A DNA stretch of 63,973 nt, counting the filler, from Reticulomyxa filosa (Eukaryota > Protista > Foraminifera): assembly GCA_000512085.1 (NCBI GenBank). It is 13 parts of 13 records of this genome, joined end to end, with 100 filler letters (N's around TTAATTAATTAA, not from the genome) between each part and the next. Parts side by side here need not be neighbours in the genome. Positions count along the whole stretch, not along the records: positions 1 to 8,061 come from ASPP01020019.1; positions 8,162 to 11,753 come from ASPP01009167.1; positions 11,854 to 14,298 come from ASPP01011728.1; 10 more parts are not named here. One strand, 5' to 3'. The notes beneath the pieces were generated by a model. That model made no database searches. It was not told the origin of the DNA and worked only from the letters and a program-made list of their open reading frames with translations. Below, one piece after another: positions 1-12,546 of this stretch. Every line of letters begins with the position of its first letter. Positions within the stretch are counted from its first letter, which is position 1. A program made the position numbers and the translations under genes.

Positions 1-41
<41 letters not shown>

Positions 42-46
42 GCTAC

Positions 47-473
47 GTGCCAAAGAGTGCATACCAGTGAATTGAGGGATGTTCATTAGAAACTGCAGCC
101 CAAAACGAATTTCAGTATCGTCCACATATCCTTTGCGGAAATACTCTCGTGTTGTGTCTTTCGCATTTTGCGTAGCATTATTCGTCTCTATTTGCCGGTC
201 CAAACGACGACGCTTCGGAAGTGGTTCCACAAATGCTGCTGATCCTTTCTTTTTTTGTTGTGTGTCAAATCAAACAGGTCACATGTTTCCACTTGACATG
301 CAAATATTTAGGGCGGACTCATAAAAACACATTTTTCTTCCTTTTTTTTTGCATTGAAAAACAGAAAAAAGAAGAAACATAATTACTTCATGGGCGTCAC
401 TTCCAGCATCCTTGTTTAGAAAATCTTTCTTATGTTTAGTATTTTTAGGCATTAGGTTCGAATTATGTACCAC
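47..473 (-). CDS. Hypothetical protein, 5' exons only (runs off window into a poly-T)
   Basis: Open exon ~243-47 (GSAAFVEPLPKRRRLDRQ...FLMNIPQFTGMHSLA) after an AAAG acceptor, plus short upstream ORF 279-473; no recognisable domain. Confidence 0.35.
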
Positions 474-797
474 CGAACAATATTCATATCATGACGAAGT
501 TTTAATTTTTACTTTACCCTCCTACGCTTTGTAAACACATTATAGTTTGAAAAATCTCCCAAATAAGTAAGCAGTTGTAAGTCTTCCCAAGGGTACTTTA
601 ATTTTAATAAAATTTCAATAACACGCATTGTGCACATAAGATAATTTTCTGTTCCAGTGTATATGCTTTTGCACGTGACCCATGAAAAAAATGTTTAAAT
701 TTGCTTAGACAATTGTTCACGGTTTTTCAGACGCCCACAGTTTGTTTTCTCGAATTCTGCAGAACACCCCAACAAAGAAAATACTATTGAAAAGGAC

Positions 798-2080
798 ATG
801 GCGACAGATGAAAGTTCAAATAAGCGAGTATTGATAACAGTTGACGAGAAGGATCGAGGTGGACCAGAAAAATTAAAAGTGACGTTGGGAGAAATCCCAG
901 TACCAAGCAACAGTCAAGTCCTAATTCAAGTGAAAGCATGTGGGGTGAATTTCATTGACGTATATCACCGCACTGGATTGTACCCAGGGATAACTGAAAT
1001 TGGAAAAGAGGGTGCTGGGGTTATTCTTGCTGTGGGAAAGCAAGTGGAACAATTCAAAGTTGGCCAAAGTGTGTGTTGGAGCAACGTTCAGGTAAGGATT
1101 TTTATTGCTGTATATACTTAGACAATTTTTCTGATGAAAAGATGAAAATATTACAACAATTGTGAAAGGGCTCTTATTCAAGCCATATTTGCATAGACAC
1201 AAAAGAGTTGATGGTAATCCCAGAACCGTTACTGAAAACGCACAAAGAAAAAGGTTACATTTACGCAGCAGCTATACCACTGCAAGGCTTGACAGCTCAT
1301 TATTTGTGTCGAAGTGTGTATGACGTCGGACCTAATGACACCGTGTTGGTGCATGCTGGTGCTGGTGGAACAGGCGGACTGCTGATCCAAATCTGCAAAA
1401 AAATTTTGAAATGCAAATGTGTCATTACAACTGTGGGAAGTGATGACAAAGCTAAAGTCGCTTTGCAAAGCGGTGCGGATTACGTCATCAACTATGAAAA
1501 AGAAGATTTTTATGAAAAAGTAAATCTTTTTACCAAGGGCAAGGGATGCAATGTTGTCTACGGTCAGTTTATTTTTTTTTTTTTTAACACAAAAAACGTA
1601 TACATTTCGAATGTTCTTTATTCAATTTTTTTTTTTTTTTTATCTCCCCCCTTTTTTGTTGCAAAAAGATGGTGTTGGCAAGGCAACTTGGGAAAAATCC
1701 TTAAAATGTGTGAGTCCTTTGGGACGGGTGGTGTACTTCGGCAATTCGTCTGGAAAAATTCCTCCCATTGATCCTTTGGAGCTAACAAAACAAGGATCGG
1801 TTACTTTAGTGAGACCCAATTTGGCACATTTTATTGCAACTCCTGAAGCATTGCAGGCAAGGGCAAAAGAGCTGTTTGAATGGATTGAATCTCAACAGGT
1901 TTGAGTTGTCTGTTTGTGTTCTGCTTTCACTTGTATTTAATTTTTAATTTTACTTCATTGTGTTTATGACTGCAGTTGCAAATACGAATTGGTGCTGCGA
2001 TCCCTTTAAAAAACGCAGCGAAGGCTCATCAATTAATCGAAAGTCGTGATACCACTGGAAAAATTGTACTTATCCCTTAA
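798..2080 (+). CDS. NADPH:quinone oxidoreductase (zeta-crystallin/MDR family), 4 exons
   Basis: Motifs ACGVNFIDVYHRTGLY, GKEGAG, LQGLTAHYL, VHAGAGGTG, YDGVGK, AHQLIESRDTTGKIVLIP*; GT-AG introns 1092-1168, 1563-1668, 1899-1975 restore one frame. Confidence 0.92.
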
Positions 2081-4270
2081 ACAAATAACAGCGTAGAGAT
2101 AATATTACTCAACAACACTTCACACTAACTGTCTGCATCTCAATACAGGCAAGAAGTACAGAAACTATATATTTTTTTAAAAAAGTTTCATTAAACTTTT
2201 TTGCAACAATTGAATATGAATTTTTAAACTATTCTTGATTTTTCTGCATTTCTTCTCCAGCACAAACCGCAAGTTCTTTCAAATTTTCAAGATACAATTT
2301 TTTGAGTTGATTTTTCATAAGCCAATCACTTTTTTTCGGCTCTTCACTTGCGTTCTGAAACCTTGATCACTTTACTTTTCTTTCAATTTTGTTATATATG
2401 TATATGCAAATCCTTGATTGCAATGGAGGTGAAAATTCAAAGATTACATTTCTTTTGTGTTTGTTTGATTTTTTCAACAAATACTTGCAGTGCATGGGCT
2501 GTCGGGAATTGCTTCGGTTCTCATGAATTTATATTCTTTTGAAAACGTTCTATATGTAGATAGTATTGTCAAATGTTTTTTGTTCGTTTGCAATATTTTT
2601 TTGTTGAGAGGTTTTGACACCTTATTCCAAAGATTTTCATATTTTTGAATTTAGCAATGATTGTCGCGTTGTCAGCTACTTGTCAGCAAAGCTTTAGTTG
2701 CTGATATAACGTAGACATTCTTTCAAGAGACGACGTCCTTTTGCAGAACATCACATGCAGTATCTTCATTGTTAAATAAAAATCTCAATCTCATTTTCAA
2801 GGAGTCTGCGCTCTTGCCTAGACTTTTTCTTTCAAAACATAAATCTAATTTGAATAAAATTTTAAAACAAAAAGAAAAAAACATTTTTGATTGAAAAAAT
2901 GTTTAAAATCTGCAAAAAAAAAGTGTAAATAAAGTTCAAATTATTTATAAGATTAAAAACAAATAAAGAAATTAATGTCATTTTTGTTAACGACATAAAA
3001 TATATATTTTCAAAACCAATCAGAATCACACATTGTCTAATAAGGATAATTTGGAGTATATCTTCAAATTTATCTTTATAATTATGTTCCTATCCTTTCT
3101 TTTTAAGAAAGGGGGAAAAAAGTCGGCCGCTTACCGGCAATATGGAGAGTTTTTATGTTTATAAAAACTATCTTCAAAATCTTTTTAAGTTGAATGTTTT
3201 CTGGAGCGTAATGATGAGTACTAGAAGAAAAATAAAGTTGGTAAATTTCAAATAGAAATTTCAAAGCGAAACAAGTGTTTACCAAGAACTGAAGAAACTG
3301 CTGACCGAAACAATTATTACATATATTGAAAAAAAAGTTTTTTGATAAGACAACTTTAATTAGATTGTATGTGTTTGTATTGAAATGATCGTCATTAGTG
3401 AGTATAATGAAAGGAATTGTTAGAGCCAAGAAAGTAGCAATTTGGCAGACATTTGGAGAGCAAATGAACTCGTTGGATAAGTACTTGATCGACTCGACAC
3501 AGTACAACAAAGAACTTCGTATAAAGCGGATATATATTGAATCACTAATTGCGCATTGCATTTTTACGTAGTAGCTTTGACATTTGGAAAAGAGCGTAGT
3601 CAAGAACTCAACGTCACCTTCAACATACTCGCAAAAGTATATCTTGTTATATCTGTCACTTTATGAACGGAATTAGCTTAGTTATATTTACTTGACGATA
3701 TTGATTTCTACCTTAAAGGAATTGATGATTTATGTTATATTTATATTAGTTAGCCTATGTCACTTTGGAGCGGGAACTTCAATATTTTCTAAAAAAAAAA
3801 GATAACTTACTAGGAGTATGTTTATGAAATTTTCTTTTAACAAAAAAGTTGCAAGTGATGTAATTTTCTTTGTTTTTGCTTTTGTTTCAAATTTTATCGT
3901 AAAAATTGTGAAATTCTATTTTCGATACTACATTTCGCAGCATCATGAATGGACAATCGCAGAGCTAACACCTTCTTTTGATGTGATTTATGGAATATTG
4001 TCAATTGTTTCAAATTTTAATTTGATTGATTAGGGATAATCAAGACCTCTGACAAAATGTAAACACAAACATTTGATTCAATTGAATCAATGGTATATAT
4101 TAAAGAGGAAATAGCGCCATAAAAAAAGGTTCTAAATCTTCTTATTAGTTATGCAATTCTCATGACAGAAAAAAATGGGTAGATCCACACACAAAATGGT
4201 CCTATAACAAAACAAATAAATCTACAAATAAGCGTTTGGGGTTGTGTCTTGCGACGTGGTAAAATGAACA

Positions 4271-6838
4271 TCAAGTATCATTCTCGTCATCACTTGGGGG
4301 AGCTGGTGGCTGGAATAGCATGTCATCTTGGCTATAACGACTATGAGTGCTTTTGACACTATCCCTTCGTGGAGAGGCCATGACCAATTCCAGTGAAGGC
4401 ACTGAGCCACGACGTTGCGCGCCATTTGTATCTACTGTTTGACCAGCTTCAGTTGTTGGATCTTTTGGTATTTTTTCCCCGAAAGGGTCGATTTAAATAT
4501 GTGGATGTAATTTGCAAAAAATAATAAAAAAAACAAAACAAAAAAAGTACCAATTTCTCTTGCAATTTCTGTGTGGCTTTTTGGACGTTGCATAATTTTG
4601 AAAATTTGACCACTTTTATTGTTTGCGTTTTTCGACCAAGCGAAATTGCTAGAAGCTGTGCGTTGGAAAATGCCACCTGCTTTATTCGAAGATGTCGAGT
4701 TTTGCCCCGCAGACCTGAGATCTAAATTTCCAGCGGACATTTGCCTGTTTATTTGCCTATTTGCTACTGGAGGTCCTTCTTCTACCATTTGTACGTCCAC
4801 CTCATCAGGACGTACAACATCATACACAGGAGCCCATTCTGGATAAAGTTTTAGCTTTCTTCCCAAATCTTTGCCGGTTTGCATCATCAAATCTTGAATT
4901 TTTCTAGCTGTCGATCGCTGTTGTTCCACGCGCTTTTCGTTACCTTTTGTATGGTTACATTGAACATGTTGCCATAGATTTGGAAGAAAAGAGGAGGAGG
5001 AGGAGGAGGAGGAGGAGGAATGAATGTGTAAAGTGTGGCAATACAAGACCTGACAAATTGAGAATGTGACGAATGCGTTTGACCCAGTTGGTACGGTCCC
5101 TCTTGGACGTGCATGCGAACAGGTACGTGCGCTGAGGAGTGACCAACTCGAAACCAAATTTGGTAGGGATTTCAGTGCGTTGCCGACTTTCGGGTGTATA
5201 CTGGAAATCTTGGACCATTTTGACATGTTTCAAATTGATATGTCGAACATTCGTGTTGATTTTGCCATGACCTTTACCTTTGATAGCGTCGATTGTTTCT
5301 CGCCAGCGCAGCCATAGCAACACTTCTTTGTCGGACTTTTTCTTGTCCTCGTTTTCTTGTCCATTTGCACTCTCATTTTCTTTGGCTTCTTTTCCGTTGG
5401 AAGAAGAGGATTGAACTTTTTTTACTAATTCAAACCACCGTAAGTTCCAATTGGTATTTACTAAGCCTTGTTTTTGCATCCATCCGCTGTAAACAATTTC
5501 TTCGTCGTTCCTATCTTTCAAAGGTATATCAGTTTGCATCGTCATCTTTTCGTCTTCGACACTCGTTTCGCGTTCGTCCTCGCTCAAGTTGTCCGCTTCT
5601 TTCTTATCTTCCATGTCCATGTCATCTCCGCCTTGAATATCGCCCACGCGTATTACCCCATTGAAATCGGCTCGCGTCAATGGCGGATGGTTGGACGTTT
5701 CCAATTGAATGGACAGCGCGGAAAACTCGTTCTTCAGATTGGCAGACGACGAGTCCGCGAGCAAAGACCCTTTGGTTTTGGAAAGGTTGGATTTGCTGGA
5801 TGACATTGAAAACGATATTGAGTTGGCAGTGGCAGTAGCAGTAGCAGTGCCAGTGGCAGTGGTAGTGGCAGTGGACCCTGCGGATGGTTTGTAGCCTTCA
5901 TAGACTATGGTCTCTTCTGCTCTCTTTGCGGCCTCTTACAAATCACAAACAATAAAAAAAAAAAAAAAAGTGTGGTAATTGGGCACACATGTGACCACTT
6001 TTTAAATCTTTTTTTTTTTTTAAAAAAAAAAAAAGACAATATTTTTATTTTACCTGTTTCAACGCCCTTACACAGCGCATGGATTGTACCAATCCACTCC
6101 GTGGCAATTTGATCGCTTTCGCATCGGAACCTCCAGATGCGATGGGGCGTGACAATTTCAAAGCCATGGACTTCGCCGTTGTTGGCACCGTTGCCTCCAT
6201 TGTTGCTCATATTGCTATTATTGCTGCCTTTGGACGCATTCGAATTGCCAACGGCATGGGCGCCATTGGACCCCACACTGGTCAAAACCGGATTGTCCGG
6301 CAAGCCCGACTTTTTGGACGCGGTTGTGGTGGTGTCGTTGTATTGCAGACGTCGGGTTTCTTTCATATCCAAAATCGAAAAGTGTCCTTGTGGTCTTTTG
6401 TCCGTTATTCTTTGTAATATAGCATTTCCCGTTTTCAAGCAAAGCAAAGAATCGGGTGCGATATGTCTTGATCTTGCCTCCTTGCTTGTCCAAAAATCCC
6501 TGTTTGAACACGCGCAGACCTTCTCGCTCTCCCACTGGTACCAATACGACTTCCATGTTGTGTTGTTGTTTGCCTCCTGATGCCTTTGTCATGTAAGGCG
6601 CCAGTCGCGCTGACCCGCGATCGACCCAGTCGTCATAACTGGCATCGAATCCGTCGTAGCGAATCTTGAGTTGGTTGGCACGCACTTCCACCACGTGGGC
6701 TGTCCACCACAGCAAACAGTCGTCCAATCCGTCCAGTTGCGATCCCACTCGCAATGCTTTTCGCCACTATGGTCGTACACAAGTGTTTGCATTACCAAAC
6801 CAAGTCTGCGTAAAAACATGTAGAGCTGTGTCACTCGT

Positions 6839-6880
<42 letters not shown>

Positions 6881-8010
6881 CTCAAAAAAAAAAAAAAAAA
6901 AAAAGTGTTTATGTTTACACAAAAGTGCGTGTAGTACCGGTGCCATTTCTCCAATCGGTTTGGGTCTGCTCATGTTGAAATACAAAAGAAAACACAATAC
7001 ATACTTTGTCACAAACTTGTTTGTTAAAAAAAAAAAAAAAAAAAAACATACAAAAGAATTAAATACAAAACATGTCGATTTCTTTGGGTATACCAATGAT
7101 TCGAGGGGTTTCGACAAATTCTTGATTGGTTCCCAATTTTGTAAGATAGTCGACTTTCTTTTGGATGTTCTGTTTGCAAGGATTCACAATGACAAATATA
7201 AGGTAATGTAGAAAGAAAAGTGTGTGAGAGAGAGAGAAAAAGAAAGAGAAATCTAGGCTTTTTCCAAACTTCATCAACAGAGACGCGTGGCTTGACATCT
7301 TGATTCGCTTTTTGCATTCTGAGTTCATTTAATTCGTTTTCCAATTGTCGAATTCTCGCGTCCTTTTCTTCTAAAGCATTCGAATGGAACAACTGAAGTT
7401 CGGCGTTTTCTCTTTGCAAATTGCTTATTTCCTGATCTTTGCGATTCAATGCGGTCTTTTGTTGCTCTTCGCTTGCCAGTTCTCGATCTTTCAGTCGTTT
7501 CTTGTTTTATGATACGTATCCATTATGTTTATGTATACGTTTTTGTTTGTGAATTTCTATCGTGTCTGTCTTTCCTATATCTTAGAACAATAAAAATAAA
7601 AAAACTAAACCAAAGTGTGTTCAACAGCTTTGACGGTGGTATGAATTTGATAGACAATGTTCTTTTTCAAATTAGGATTGTTGGTGGTCATGACACTACC
7701 ACGAATCGATGCTCTTCTCTCAGATGGAAATAGTTCGCTACACAGGTCTGTGGTATTGCCCATTTCGTCGAGGATTTTTTGCAGCTCCATTTCCGTCTGT
7801 TCACAAACGCAACAACATTATTGTTGTGTCAGCGCTCTTTTTGTTATATTATTGCATATACATACATATATACACTAATGATACCTTGTCCAAAACATTC
7901 TCGGACATTTCGACATAAGGTCCAATAACATAAGTGGATAAGAGTGACTCCGTTTTATTTGCTAGTGTTTCCGATTTCTTTTGTAACTCTTCTGCTGCAC
8001 TTATTTCCTA
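4271..8010 (-). CDS. Coiled-coil + Tudor/chromo-barrel-like + two PH domain protein (5' truncated at linker)
   Basis: LDDCLLWWTAHVVEVRANQLKIRYDGFDASYDDWV (Tudor-knot/Agenet-like); PH1 FKQGFLDKQGGKIKTYRTRFFALL...FEIVTPHRIWRFRCESDQIATEWIGTI; PH2 YSGWMQKQGLVNTNWNLRWFEL...FELVTPQRTYLFACTSKRDRTNWVKRI; spliced stop TGA at 4273-4271; PH1 frameshifted near 6405-6435. Confidence 0.75.
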
Positions 8011-8061
8011 ATTTACATTTTTTTTTTTTTCCCAATAAAAAAAAAAAAAAAAAAAAAAAAA

Positions 8062-8161
8062 NNNNNNNNNNNNNNNNNNNNNNNNNNNNNNNNNNNNNNN
8101 NNNNNTTAATTAATTAANNNNNNNNNNNNNNNNNNNNNNNNNNNNNNNNNNNNNNNNNNNN
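8062..8161. other. Artificial contig linker N44-TTAATTAATTAA-N44
   Basis: Identical 100-nt spacer with six-frame stops, 12 copies in window. Confidence 0.99.
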
Positions 8162-8223
8162 GAATTGAAAAAATCCATTTGTAATACACGCATACACAAA
8201 AAAAAAATGTATGTGTATGTATT

Positions 8224-11200
8224 ATGACTAATGCGGGACAGAAAGACACTTTGGGAACTGAAAGCAGTAATGCTACAGCTCAGTCGCACGGAGACGGTGA
8301 GAAAACACAAGACGCAAACAAGACCAAGCCAAAACCCACCACGACCAAAACTGACACTGCCAAAGCGTCGTCAAAAACCAAGGCGTCCGCCACAAATATC
8401 ACAAAATCTGTTTCGTACAAATGTCACAACCTCTCACACTTTGTTTTGTTTGCTTGTTGCTTGAAAGAGGTAAAGTCCATCAAATATAAACCTCGTTTTG
8501 TGTTCCTTATTATTTTGTATAATTTCTTTGAGGAAAGGAGACAATCAAGCCACAGCCCACTCAACATCACGAAAAAGAAAAAGAGATAAAAGAGGAAAGC
8601 GAAAGCAATGAACCGAAACAGACAAAAGATAAGACTTTGGAAACCAAACCCGTCGACACAAAGACCCTTGAACCAGCCAAGGTATTCTATGAAACATAGA
8701 TACATACATATACACATATATACATATATACGCATATATATGTATATATGTATATATATATATATATAAACAAAGCTGATTGCAAAATGATGGAACACAA
8801 CCAATGGTGTGTAAAAAAAGCCTTTGTACGTGCCTTCGAAAAATGAGAAAGAAAGCGACAATGAAAGCAAGGAAGAGATAAAGGAAGAGACAACCGTAAA
8901 GACGACGCAAGTGGAACCAGCTCAGGTGCAGCCGGAGCAACGCAATGAAACACAGCCCAAGCCCAAGGAACAGTCCTCAGAACAAGTGCAAGTAGCTTCA
9001 TCTGACGTTGGAACCAACACAAAGCAAGACAAGAGTGCGACAGGTTTGGAAGAGAACAAGACAGCAAGCAACTTGCCCGAAAAAAAGAAGGAGGAAACCA
9101 ATGCGACCAATGCGATCGTGTCTGCAACTACAACTACAACTGTGACTACGATCGCAACTGAAACGAAAGAAAAACACGATGACAAACCTGCGTCGACGCA
9201 AGGCGATTCTAAAAACACGGCAGACACGTCTGCAGTGGTAACGAAGCATGTAAGTGAGGACGCATCCAAAGACAGCTCTAAAGACAGCTCTAAAGACAAC
9301 TCTAAAGATAACTCTAAAGACAAGCCTAAAGATAATGCGGAGCCAGTCCCTGAGAATAACACTGACAATGAAAAGAAGACAGACAATGCTGACAAGAATA
9401 CGCAAGAGCCACAGGCACCAAAAGACAGCGAACAAAAGCCAAAGGGGGCGTTGCAACAAAAGTTTGGTCATTTGAACATTAACCCAGCGGCATTGAAGCC
9501 AAAGCAGCCAATTGAAAAAAAATCAACTCTTGTCAATGACGAAAAAGAGAAAGAAAAGGAAAATGCTAGCCCAAGCGCAACAACAGCAACAACAACAGCA
9601 ACAACAACAGCAACAACAACAACAACAATAACAACAACAACAACAATAACAGAAACCAAAGCACAACAATCACCAACGAGTTCCAATGCTAATGCCAACA
9701 ACAAAAACGAATCTTCAATTGTGACCACTTCGACAGGATCGAGGTTGTCCGATCGCTGGCCTGGTTTGAACAAGAACAAGAGTAATGACAGCACGATAAC
9801 ACCACCCAGCGCCGGTGTCGGCACCGACGCAGATCAAAAACCCAAACCTGCAGTTGGGAAACTGGGAGACAAGTTTGCTCATTTGAATATCAATGCATCA
9901 GCTTTGAAACCTCAAAGTGCTTCTACCAATGCAACTGCAACTGCAACTGCAACTGCAGCCACAACTGCAACTACAACTACACCTACTGGAGTAGCAACAA
10001 CATCGACGACAGAGACGCCAAAAAAAGAAGAGGAAAAGACGACGCCCACCGATGCCGTTGCCACGGCGGATAAGAAGGTGTCAAAGCTAAAGTTTGCCGG
10101 CATTAAGATCGATCCTTCGTTGCTGCGACCCGGCGCGGCGCCAACCTTTAAGAAATCCAAGCCCACGGGCGAGTCCGGCATTATTTCAAATGACCTCATC
10201 TTAAACCGTCCCGTCATCAAAAAAAAGCGAGCAGCGACTCATCGCAAACACGCAGATGTGGCTCAATTGGCCGACGATGAAAAGGAAGAGCAAGAATATG
10301 GATCATGGAAAGGTAAGCTTTATCAAAACAAAAAGTATATATATACATATATGTATATATGTATACATATATATGATAATAATAATAATAATAAAGGATA
10401 TGGCCAAGAAGAAGAGAAAGACAACTACGTAATCCTTGACGAAGGAAGCAACAGTAATGTATCGTCTCCGACAAAGATAACGGTAAGCAATGCATTTCCA
10501 GACATATTGGACGGCGAAAAGTTTACGGTGGTGGGACTTGGCGAAGAGAACGAAAGCAACTCGATATCGCCGTTTCCTTACGTGTTGAAAGAGACACTGG
10601 CATTTGAAGAGCTGCAGAAGCGGGGATTGAAATGCAAGCAAATGATGAGCTTCCCCAATGGCAATGGGAGTGTGTTATTGTTCGTGGACGGCAATGCCAA
10701 CACGAAAAATGCAGTGAGTGTGTGGTGGTATAATCCCGGTGGAAAAGAGTCCGATAGCACGAACAAGGAGAGATACGAATGTTTGTTTGAGCTGAACAAT
10801 GACCACTTTTTATGTGCGGTTTGCAATGAAAGTCGACAAGCGCAAGACTTGGTCGCGTCGGACGAAGCGAGTTCGTCTCGCACGTGGTACGCACTTACCA
10901 TGTTTACCGTCAACTCCTTTGGCGAACAGCGATGGATCCATCATTGCTACTACTGTCCACAGACCAATCAAGTCATCAAGCTGCAACTGCTCGACCAAAA
11001 ACACTACTCCCACGACATGCACTGTGATGGCGTCACCGCCATCAAAGAAGGCGTGCACGAAGTCGGGTCCGCTTTACTGCTGTGGAAAAGGGATATTATC
11101 ATTCATAACCTGGAAACTCATGACCACGAACGTGTCTCTCGAGCCGTTCCTCGCGTTCAAATGCAAGATCATGCTGTTATGCCTGTCGTTGTTCCTTATG

Positions 11201-11657
11201 AACCAAAAGGAGTTGATATATATATATATATATATATTTATATATGTACATATATGTACGTATATATATAATATATTCATTTATTTATTTGTACATATTT
11301 TTCATACTGTTGGAAAAGACGTGGAGCGGACTGGATTGGATGATATGGAACTGCAACCGAGCCACACACATGAAATACGACTCCCGCGCAAACGACGAAA
11401 AACGCTTTGCCTACAAAGAGGCGTCGGCGTTGGTGCACACCGATCAAGTTCGAAACGCCGCCTATTTGAGTTACAAGCACTATGTACTCACCTTTGGCGG
11501 AGAAGTGCCCCATCCAACGTTGCCTGGCCGCTTTGGCGCCAGTGACAGCATTTGGATTTTCAATTGGCAAACCAAATCCTGGTCGCGAAGTCAATATCGT
11601 CTTCCTGAAAAGTGCAGCACGTATCATCGCAATTTCTGTGCGGTGTTGTCTGGTTAA
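8224..11657 (+). CDS. Large low-complexity (T/K/E/D-rich) protein with CapZIP/FAM21-like motifs and a C-terminal kelch/beta-propeller-like region (3' end runs toward linker)
   Basis: 815-aa ORF 8824-11271 with an in-frame intron 10313-10396; next exon has YVLTFGG...IWIFNWQTKSWSRS (kelch blade pattern); upstream exons 8224-8700. Confidence 0.7.
9265..9336 (+). repeat. Coding 12-nt tandem repeat (SKDS/SKDN/PKDN x6)
   Basis: tctaaagacagc-like units read directly. Confidence 0.8.
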
Positions 11658-11753
11658 ATGATCGATACATAACATACACATATGCATATATATGTGTATA
11701 TATACGTGTATATATACGTGTATATATGTAGATACGTTATTGTAATATTCTTT

Positions 11754-11853
11754 NNNNNNNNNNNNNNNNNNNNNNNNNNNNNNNNNNNNNNNNNNNNTTA
11801 ATTAATTAANNNNNNNNNNNNNNNNNNNNNNNNNNNNNNNNNNNNNNNNNNNN
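11754..11853. other. Artificial contig linker
   Basis: N44-TTAATTAATTAA-N44. Confidence 0.99.
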
Positions 11854-12546
11854 TTTTTTTTTAATGATTTTTGATGAAAAACGTTCAAATTGATTAAAGG
11901 TCTTTGAGACAAAAAAACCACGAAAAATTTAAAATTAAGAAAATTTAGTGCAATTGGAACTGCAATTTAAAAAAAGTTCAACAGGATAACATGCACGCTA
12001 CATTTTCCACTACTTATAAATTTTATCCAGATTTAATTCTTTTGTTTTTAGAAATAGCAAGAACTATCCATTTGACATCTGGCAATTTATTTCAGTTTAT
12101 ATGTTCGATTACGCGTGTGACCAAATTTTATCAAAAAATAAGCGCAAGTTTGAACTATCAATAGCATATTTTTTTAATTAAAAATAGAAATGATGTGTTT
12201 TTTCCAAACCCAACTGAGGTCCAGCAAAGAGAAAAAGGACAAATATTTCAATGCAAAGATAACAGAAATCTCATGATTTTTTGTGAAGAAACGTCAGATT
12301 TAGATGTCTTTAAAACAATGTAACAACAAAAAACAACAGAAGTTGTAAGAACGAAAATTTGTGGACAAATTTTTCAATCTTTGTTGCTAGGACAGTCACA
12401 AAACAAAATTTGCATAGGCAGAAAACAAAACAAAAATATATTAAGTTGCTCGTTTATTAATCTCATTAAACAAAGTACGAAAAGAATGAATTGTTGACTA
12501 ATTCATGCAATGAAAGTGAATAAAAAAAAACAAAAGGTGCAGCACA

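Noticed and set aside
798-2080. Bacterial contamination or recent HGT for qor, nadC, GLDC
   Set aside because: All carry spliceosomal introns in host style and belong to families widespread in eukaryotes.
2200-4030. ORFs 2348-2542, 3103-3603, 3818-4033 as genes
   Set aside because: Coding-like fragments on both strands with stops and no motif; possibly decayed genes, not supportable.
6767-6769. In-frame TAG readthrough or alternative genetic code
   Set aside because: The TAG is explained as a splice acceptor; TAA, TAG and TGA all terminate conserved genes in this window.
8424-11700. Many antisense and alternate-frame ORFs over low-complexity genes (also 30186-30605 and those over VPS13)
   Set aside because: Shadow ORFs produced by microsatellites and codon bias.
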